This document shows, piece by piece, positions 35,458 through 42,900 of a stretch of DNA of 45,803 nucleotides. The notes under the pieces were generated by a model, which was given only the letters and a program-made list of their open reading frames with translations, had not been told where the DNA came from and searched no databases. The stretch is taken from positions 1 through 45,803 of the IMG/VR virus record IMGVR_UViG_3300020686_000006. The stretch is one strand, 5' to 3'. The translations under genes were made by a program, and so were the position numbers. How positions within the stretch are numbered: position 1 is the first letter of the stretch; each line of letters begins with the position of its first letter. Origin of the DNA: a virus. Its lineage: Duplodnaviria; Caudoviricetes.

Positions 35458-36381
35458 ATGAGTAATATCATCCCTTTCGATGGCGACAATTTGCCAGCTT
35501 ATTTGAAGACTGCTAACGCATCAGAGACCAACGCCGACTTGATGGCACACGCTGGGGGTGGATTTCCCATCATCAGTATCAAGGGCAAAGTGTTCACTCT
35601 TGTAAAAGATGGTGAGCGTACTGTGTTAACCAAAGAGGTTGACGGCGAGAAGATCGCTGCACCTAGCATTGACGTAGTACTTTTGAAAGTTAACAAAGGC
35701 ACATCCAAAGTTTGGTATGCTGGTGGATACGATGAGAACGCAGAAAATAAAAAGCCTGATTGCTTTAGTAATGACGGCATCAGACCCGATGCTCAAGTTG
35801 AGAATCCTAAGTCAAAGACTTGTGCGCTTTGCCCTAACAATCAGTGGGGTTCTAAGATTAGTGACAATGGTTCTAAAGGTAAGGCTTGCCAAGATTCAGT
35901 TCGTATGGCTGTTGCAACTGCTGACCGTATCAATGAACCACACCTACTTCGTATCCCACCTGCATCTATTCGTGCTCTTGGAGAGTTGGGTAAAGTACTT
36001 GAAAAGCGTGGCGGTAAACGCTTGGCTTACAACATGGTGCTTACTCGTGTCGGGTTTGTCATGGAAGAGGCTACACCGAAACTAACATTTAAAGCTGTTG
36101 GTTTACTTGACGACGCATCTTATGCTCAAGTCCAAGAGGTGATTGCAACGGATACAGTACAACAGATTCTTGGCTTATCATTCATGAACGTGGGTGCACC
36201 TGTCGCTCAGGAAGAGGAAGAGATTCCAACAGTGACAGTAACTAAAGCTGAGGAGCCAAAAGTTGAGAAACCAAAACCTATTGAGAAGCCTAAGGCGGTT
36301 AAGAAGGTTGAACCTAAACCCGAGCCTATGGAAGTTGAAGTACCTGAATTAAATCTTGACGATTTAAACTTCGACGATTAA
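35458..36381 (+). CDS. Putative single-stranded DNA-binding / annealing protein
   Basis: ISIKGK.F, P.C.S.DG..P, C..CP..QWGS, GKAC; low-complexity linker and acidic tail LNLDDLNFDD. Confidence 0.65.
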   Translation: MSNIIPFDGDNLPAYLKTANASETNADLMAHAGGGFPIISIKGKVFTLVKDGERTVLTKEVDGEKIAAPSIDVVLLKVNKGTSKVWYAGGYDENAENKKPDCFSNDGIRPDAQVENPKSKTCALCPNNQWGSKISDNGSKGKACQDSVRMAVATADRINEPHLLRIPPASIRALGELGKVLEKRGGKRLAYNMVLTRVGFVMEEATPKLTFKAVGLLDDASYAQVQEVIATDTVQQILGLSFMNVGAPVAQEEEEIPTVTVTKAEEPKVEKPKPIEKPKAVKKVEPKPEPMEVEVPELNLDDLNFDD

Positions 36382-36402
36382 TTAATAGGGGGCACTGCCC
36401 CC
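36378..36402. repeat. 25-bp hairpin-containing element, copy 2 (inverted)
   Basis: TTAATTAATAGGGGGCACTGCCCCC. Confidence 0.7.
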
Positions 36403-36418
36403 TTCTCAAAGGAATATC

Positions 36419-36670
36419 ATGAGCTATCAAATTGAACAGAAAAAAGTCATCGGCGTTGTTACTGAATGTAACTTTGCGTTGGACGGTAAAGGATTCAACC
36501 ACGGTGAGGTTATCCTAGGGCTTGCTGAACTTATGGGCAGAATTATCGTTGAGACATCAGAGACGTCTATACAAGCGAAAGATTTGGCAAAAGTAGCAGT
36601 TGACCATCTTAACAACACAATTAAGATTGGCGCTCAAGCAACAGGGAAAAGTAACATATTGACGAGTTGA
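36419..36670 (+). CDS. Hypothetical protein
   Basis: 83 aa, AAGGA SD, helical. Confidence 0.75.
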   Translation: MSYQIEQKKVIGVVTECNFALDGKGFNHGEVILGLAELMGRIIVETSETSIQAKDLAKVAVDHLNNTIKIGAQATGKSNILTS

Positions 36671-36671
36671 C

Positions 36672-39632
36672 ATGAATACTTTAACCTTTTTACAAACTAT
36701 ATTGCCTGAGGATGGCTACAAGTTTGTTGGGTTGAGTAGAGTAGGACAGACAGGGATTGCCCATAAGGCATACGCATCCTTGGAAGATATGGCTAAAGCT
36801 ATTGAGTCCTACAACAAACAATCTAATCTGACTGTATATCACGCATGTTGCTCTTATAAAGAGCCAAGTTACTTAGTCGAAGGCAACCCGAAACCCAAGT
36901 ATCGAGGTGAACCTAACTGGCTAAAGACTAAGTCCTTTTGGGCTGATATTGACTGCGGTCAATCCAAACACGATGAGGGTAAGGGCTACCTTACTAAAAC
37001 AGATGCAGCTAAAGCAATTATTAGATTCTGCCATAGCAATGGATTTCCTAAACCAATGCTTGTCGATAGCGGTGGTGGTCTGCATTGCTATTGGCCTTTA
37101 TCAAAACCAATCGGGCCGAAATCGTGGAGAACGATGGCTTCAGGTTTTAAGTCAGTACTGGCTTCTGCTGGGCTTCTTGTTGATCCTACCCGCACTGCTG
37201 ATCTATCTTCTATCCTCCGTCCTGTTGGTACATTTAACCGAAAGCCTGACAGAGAAATTAAAGAAGTGGTGGTCAAACAAGTAGGGGAAGTTGTATCTCC
37301 TCAGGTGTTCAACAATGCTTTACAGAAGGCAATCTCCAAATATAATGCGGTTGTTCACGCCCCAAGTAGTTTCCAATCGTCGGGTTTAAACGATGATCTT
37401 CTTGCTCACGCAGCACAGAGCATTGAGTGCTCTGCCGATGAAGTAGCCAATCATTGCCAACAAGTTGGGAAGATGCGTGACACCAAAGGAGATGTTGACT
37501 ATGAATCATGGCGAGGAATTGTCGGGATTATCAAACACTGTGTGGAAGGTTATGATCTTGCAGTTGAATGGTCATCGCAGCGTTCCGAAACTGGACATTC
37601 AAATACAGATGTTTTTACAAGGTACGAGAGTTGGAGTTCAGGCCCTGCGACATGTGAATATTTTAAAAAGTGCAACCCCTCGGGCTGTGCAGGTTGTGTT
37701 AACGAAGGAAAAGTTAAATCACCTATCATGCTCGGGCGCATCATCCCAATCGCCAAAGAAAAAGTTGTAGAAGTTATTGACGAAGTTGAGCAGGAAGTTG
37801 AGACAGTAGTACCAGCGTTACCTGAAAGCTATGTATACGATCATGGTCGTATGGTTAGATTTATTAAAGACAAAGATGGCATCAATCAACCTTACTCATT
37901 TAGCCAATCACTCTTTTACCCCATCCAAAGAATACGTAAATCTGATGGCTCGTTTGCGTTCACAATTAGGATGCACTTGCCCGATAAACGAGTTAGAGAC
38001 TTTGAGGTTGATACCTCTAGCCTTGCATCATCAACCGACATGCTTAAGGCACTCTCAAAATATGAACTAATGCCAACTAATAACAAGGACGCTTCTATGC
38101 ACATGACTGCATATATTCGTGACTCCGTTCATAAGTTGATGGCGGAGCAAAGAGAAACCGATACCCTTACATCCTTTGGATGGCGTGACGATATGAGTGG
38201 GTTCTTGCTTGGAGACCGCTTGTACCATAAGGATGGTTCTGTTCGTAAAGTCTTTATTGGCGGCGGTGCAGCAGATCATAGAGCTACATACCCACTACCA
38301 AGAGGAACGCTTGCCAAGTATTCACAGGCGGTTAACTTCATATACAACAGGGCTAATAGTGAAGCGGCTCAATACGTTTTCTGCAATGTATTCGGTTCGC
38401 TATTAGTTCCTTTTGGGGAAGATAGCTACAACGGCGCATTAGTATCAATTAACAGCGGTGATTCAGGTAAAGGTAAAACTTCTGTATGGAGAGCCGCACT
38501 TTACGGTCTAGCAGACGCAAACAAACTAATATACGCAGGTAAAGACGGTGCAACTCGTAACGCTCGGTGGGCTATCGTTGGTGTACACAAAAACATTCCT
38601 GTTGTGTTTGATGAGATGACAGATATGGACGCTGCTGAGTTATCCACGTTCGCTTACACAGTATCCCAAGGTACGGATAGAGCTAGACTAACAAGCGCAG
38701 GCGGTAAAGTCGGGTTTGCTGAGCAACATACTTGGAAAGCTGTGGTTGGTGTAACTGCCAACGAAGACATGCACTCCAAACTAGCATCGCACAATGCCAA
38801 TACTCAGGCTGAAGCCGTTCGTATGATCGGGATTAACTTTGCTAAATACAATGTCCCAATAATTGACCCTTCTAAAGATGTATCAGATGCGATTGATGTG
38901 ATGCGTGAGAACTGGGGTAATGCAGGCGATATATTTGTTAGGTATATTGTTCAACACCAACAGGAGGTCAAAGACCTATATGCCAAGATAGAGAATCAGT
39001 TATCTGTAATCCTACCTGAGTCTGAGTATAGGTTCTTTAGAGGTCATGCAGCCTGTACTTTAACTGCGGCTAAGATACTTATCGACCATAGTATTGTAGA
39101 TTTTAACTACCAAGGTCTAGTAGACTTCTGCGGTAGGATGTTGACTGACCTAACAAGCACCGTAACAACTTCCAATATGACTAACCCAGGTGATGCGATC
39201 AGTCGTATGATTCGGGAATTGTCTCAACGGTTTATCGTTACTTATGAATACAGAGACTTACGCACAGACGCTAGAGGGCCTGAGGATTCTATTTCTCGCC
39301 CCAATGGAGCAGTTGCAGGTCGCCGTGTTCTTGGTAGTAAAACTTATACAGACCCCAAGTATGTTGGCAAGCTGTACATTGCTAAGAAAGAATTCTTGGA
39401 TTGGTGTGCTAAGAACCGTATGGAGCCTAAGAAACTAACTGAATATGCTAGTTCGCATGGTTGGCTGGTTCCAATGACAGACAAGTTTAATATGGGTAGG
39501 GGGACGGCTTTATCGACAGGTAGCTGTTCTGTCTTAGTATTAGACTACTCCGCTATGGAGGGTGCTGTTGAAAAGACCAGTGGGCCAATGCTTGCCTCCG
39601 TGACCGATATTGCGTTATCATCTAACGGCTAA
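36672..39632 (+). CDS. Primase-helicase fusion (RepB'/AEP-like primase, PriCT-like, DUF927 ATPase)
   Basis: WADID and VDSGGGLHCYW primase motifs, ILRPVGTFN; Y.SW..WS PriCT-like region; C..C..C..C cluster; FGW, Walker A SGDSGKGKT, Walker B VVFDE. Confidence 0.85.
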   Translation: MNTLTFLQTILPEDGYKFVGLSRVGQTGIAHKAYASLEDMAKAIESYNKQSNLTVYHACCSYKEPSYLVEGNPKPKYRGEPNWLKTKSFWADIDCGQSKHDEGKGYLTKTDAAKAIIRFCHSNGFPKPMLVDSGGGLHCYWPLSKPIGPKSWRTMASGFKSVLASAGLLVDPTRTADLSSILRPVGTFNRKPDREIKEVVVKQVGEVVSPQVFNNALQKAISKYNAVVHAPSSFQSSGLNDDLLAHAAQSIECSADEVANHCQQVGKMRDTKGDVDYESWRGIVGIIKHCVEGYDLAVEWSSQRSETGHSNTDVFTRYESWSSGPATCEYFKKCNPSGCAGCVNEGKVKSPIMLGRIIPIAKEKVVEVIDEVEQEVETVVPALPESYVYDHGRMVRFIKDKDGINQPYSFSQSLFYPIQRIRKSDGSFAFTIRMHLPDKRVRDFEVDTSSLASSTDMLKALSKYELMPTNNKDASMHMTAYIRDSVHKLMAEQRETDTLTSFGWRDDMSGFLLGDRLYHKDGSVRKVFIGGGAADHRATYPLPRGTLAKYSQAVNFIYNRANSEAAQYVFCNVFGSLLVPFGEDSYNGALVSINSGDSGKGKTSVWRAALYGLADANKLIYAGKDGATRNARWAIVGVHKNIPVVFDEMTDMDAAELSTFAYTVSQGTDRARLTSAGGKVGFAEQHTWKAVVGVTANEDMHSKLASHNANTQAEAVRMIGINFAKYNVPIIDPSKDVSDAIDVMRENWGNAGDIFVRYIVQHQQEVKDLYAKIENQLSVILPESEYRFFRGHAACTLTAAKILIDHSIVDFNYQGLVDFCGRMLTDLTSTVTTSNMTNPGDAISRMIRELSQRFIVTYEYRDLRTDARGPEDSISRPNGAVAGRRVLGSKTYTDPKYVGKLYIAKKEFLDWCAKNRMEPKKLTEYASSHGWLVPMTDKFNMGRGTALSTGSCSVLVLDYSAMEGAVEKTSGPMLASVTDIALSSNG

Positions 39633-39659
39633 CAGTTGCCGTTAGCGCCTAAGAGGGTT

Positions 39660-39695
39660 CCCCCTGAGGTCTTAACTGGCTTCAGGGGGTTTTTT
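39660..39695 (+). terminator. Rho-independent terminator at the convergence of the two arms
   Basis: CCCCCTGAGGTC-TTAACT-GGCTTCAGGGGG (12 bp including 2 G-U) followed by T6. Confidence 0.85.
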
Positions 39696-39933
39696 ATTTC
39701 CCTTGAATAAGCTGGTCAATTTTTGCTTCAAGCCTATTAAAGCGTTGGTCAATGTGGTCTGTAATTCTAACAATTTCTGAATTGGTGACATATTCACGAG
39801 CGATCTCCTCTCTAGTGCGGTTTAACAAAATCTCAAGTCGTTTGAGTTCTGCAAACTTCTCTTTCAGAAAAAATGTAATCAGCCCTGTTGCTAGCGTTAA
39901 TCCGGCTGACCATATCGTATTTAAGTCCATCAT
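39694..39933 (-). CDS. Small N-terminal TM plus coiled-coil protein
   Basis: IWSAGLTLATGLITFFL then LLNRTREEIAREYVT..RFNRLEAKIDQL; ATGA-coupled to the giant gene. Confidence 0.75.
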   Translation of the reverse strand: MMDLNTIWSAGLTLATGLITFFLKEKFAELKRLEILLNRTREEIAREYVTNSEIVRITDHIDQRFNRLEAKIDQLIQGK

Positions 39934-42900
39934 ACACCCATCGTGGCTAAAAATTGTTTATTTTGTTTAGAAGATTCTACCCCATTGACTACTGAATTTT
40001 CACGCTTCTTAGCTGCCATTGGTGCTTTTAACAACTCCGATAGCGGTTGGCGTTTGTACCCATTAGCCACACGAGATTCTTCCATGCGTTTGAATTCTTC
40101 ACGAGCGTTAGACATAGCTTTATAGTCGCTAGCTCTAGCTGCTTTTACATACTCACCTTTGATCTCGGTCAATCTTGCTTCGTACTCTTTATCGTATTCT
40201 GCTTTAACTTTCTGAGCAAATTGTTGGTGTGTAATTTGGTTAGTTGGTAATCCAACAAGCTGGGAAGCTGCGGTCAATATTCCTACATCTTGGGGCTTCA
40301 TAACCAAGTCCCCATTGCGCATAGTCATACCTTCTTCTGCGAACCTTACAGCTTTAAGTATATTGGCAATACCATTAGGCATAGCCATTTCAATACCTTT
40401 GTAGTAATTACCTTGGTTAACCAACTGATACGCATCGGCAAACTTCTCTGCGAGGTTAAGCGATGGGCCAAGAATAGCTAGTGCAGTTTGTTCTACACCT
40501 GTACGGCTAGTTAAATCGGGAACTACATACCCACCAAATGGAGACGCAACGTTTTCCATAGAGAGCTTTTTACCTAAAGACTCCCATCCAACTGCACCAG
40601 TTACACCCCTTAAAAGCAAATCAGCCGCTACTGGATTACCAATTAGTTTACGTAACTTGTACTCAGGGTCATCAGGCTCGTCAGGTGAACCAAACATCTT
40701 CAATGTTAAGAACATTAACTGAGATACAAACGGTACACCAAGTGCTCCACCAACTACTGCCATCTGAGCTGATATAAACGCAAGGGTCTTGCGGGCAACC
40801 ATACGCTCTTCTTTACTTGCGCTGTTAAAGCTAGAGTGAATTAACTTGCCCAGCATGGAGAGCTGAATAATTTGGAACCTACGGAACTGACCAATAATTT
40901 GACCAGTTACGCCTTTGAGTGCTCTTGGAGTGTTAAAACTATCGTAAGAACCATGTGTATCTGATACAACATCGGATGCGTATTGGATTGCAGCTTCGGT
41001 ACTGGTATTACCATACCGCTCTAAGTATCCACGGTACGCCGCAATAGCCGCCACAGAACGGTTTATTGCTTCAATGCGGTTGGTAATGCCTTGCATTTTG
41101 TACATGACTTTACCAAATACACCTTGCTCATGTGAACGTGCTTTGAACTCGGAGTCCATACCAATATCAATTTTACCCATGCCGACCAAACGCTCCAGCA
41201 TGGCACGTACATCTGCAGGTGCTTTGCTAAAGTCAACATGGTTATTTACATCCTTAAAATTAAAGATGTCTTTGATTTTGGCAATATCGTCATATGCACG
41301 GGCAATATGCCTTGTGGCATTAGCGTAGCCAATTCGACCAGCTAGGTAGGGTAAAGATATAGCACCAGTCTGCAACATCTGTTGGAGGTAGAAAGCAGGG
41401 CTAAATGTCAGCGACCAAATGTGGTTCATCTGATTGAGAGTTTTAGCAAGAACACTTGGTGTTTTGTAGTCCATACTTTGGGTATGGCGGTTAATCAACT
41501 CATTAAAGTAAGGCATAGCCTCACCACGGTTGCGTCTAGCTTCTTCACGCATCTTATCAATAGAGTCATTGATAGCGTCATTGTGTTTCATGGTCGCCAA
41601 GAAGTGAGCATCGGCACGACCTGCTGTTGCCAAGTTACGCATCATGTTGGAGTCATATCCAGCAATCTTCTTTTGTTGAAGCGTAAACTTCTTAGCACTA
41701 TTTTGAGCCACAGTCATGAGGTACAAGTTACCAATCATGTTATCAAATGCTTTATATTCAGGAGACCCTTTGTCTTCTGTTTGGCGCTTCATTAAGTTAC
41801 GAAGTCTAGCTACTGCAAGGTGCATATCAGAGCCACCAGTGTAAGATGCCTCAGTCTCTTTTGGAGAAGCTTCAACATGGTCGTAGTGTCCAGTAGCTGC
41901 AAGGTTATTAGCGATTGCTTTAGCTTCGCCGATTGTGTCTGCAAACTGAACGACGTAATGCGTTGGGTTAGACTGGTTCTCGTCCATCCAAATCTTAGCG
42001 GAGTTAGTTGTTCCAACTACACCATGATTACCAACAGGGGCTGCGTTTTCGCCTTTTAGGATATCTTCGTAGGCTTGGTATTCAGCAGACTTAGCCACGA
42101 CAAGGTAGTTGCCGTAACGAGCCAGGTGTCCGTAAGGAACGGATGGGTCAAGCTCCACTATCTTAGACATAGCCGCTTTTTTATCTGCGGCGACCTGTGC
42201 TTCATCGTTTGGTATTCCAAGAGCAAGTCGCTCGGCTTCTGCAAATTCACGGTTTACAGCTTCTTTGGCAGCAATCTGTTTTGCTATTAATGCTTGATAG
42301 CCATGTTCAAAATAATTCTTAATTACCTCTTGCCCCTCAGAGGAGAACGCTTTAAACCGTTTGACCAAGTCGTCATCCATAAGGTCGTATATCAGCGTTG
42401 TACCGATGCGGTGTTCTTCGGGCATATAGCCCCACTTACCGAGCATCACAGAGTCTTCGATAAACTTGTTTACGCTACTAGCACCAGTACCTTTTTCTTC
42501 GCCTTCAAGAGCATCATGTGCTGTTAAGATTTTGTCGATGCGGTTGTTCCACTTAGCTACGTCAGCTTGACGAGCATACTGGCTGGTTAAATACCTAGCC
42601 GCAGATGGCATATGCTTGGTAGCAAACTTAACAATATCTTCAGTAATTGCAGACTTAAGAACTATATCTTTAGCCGCACCAAACTTGTTGTGGAGCTGGC
42701 TTACTAATCCATTAACTATGACCTTAGTTGGTTTTTGTAGATTAGGTGGTAAACCATCTATTGTTTTTTCTATCCGTTGTTGGGTTCTGTTTTCCCTGAG
42801 ACGAACGGCAACTTGGCTCCTTTGAAGTTGTCCTGACTCAACATCCCCTGTTTTTTGGGTAATGTTCGGATTAACTTTCGTCTTGCCGCTATTCGCTTTG

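Noticed and set aside
13337-39632. Introns, inteins or stop-codon reassignment in TerL, portal, PolA, helicase or primase
   Set aside because: All are continuous, of ordinary length, with motifs in order under the standard code; TAA, TAG and TGA all act as stops.
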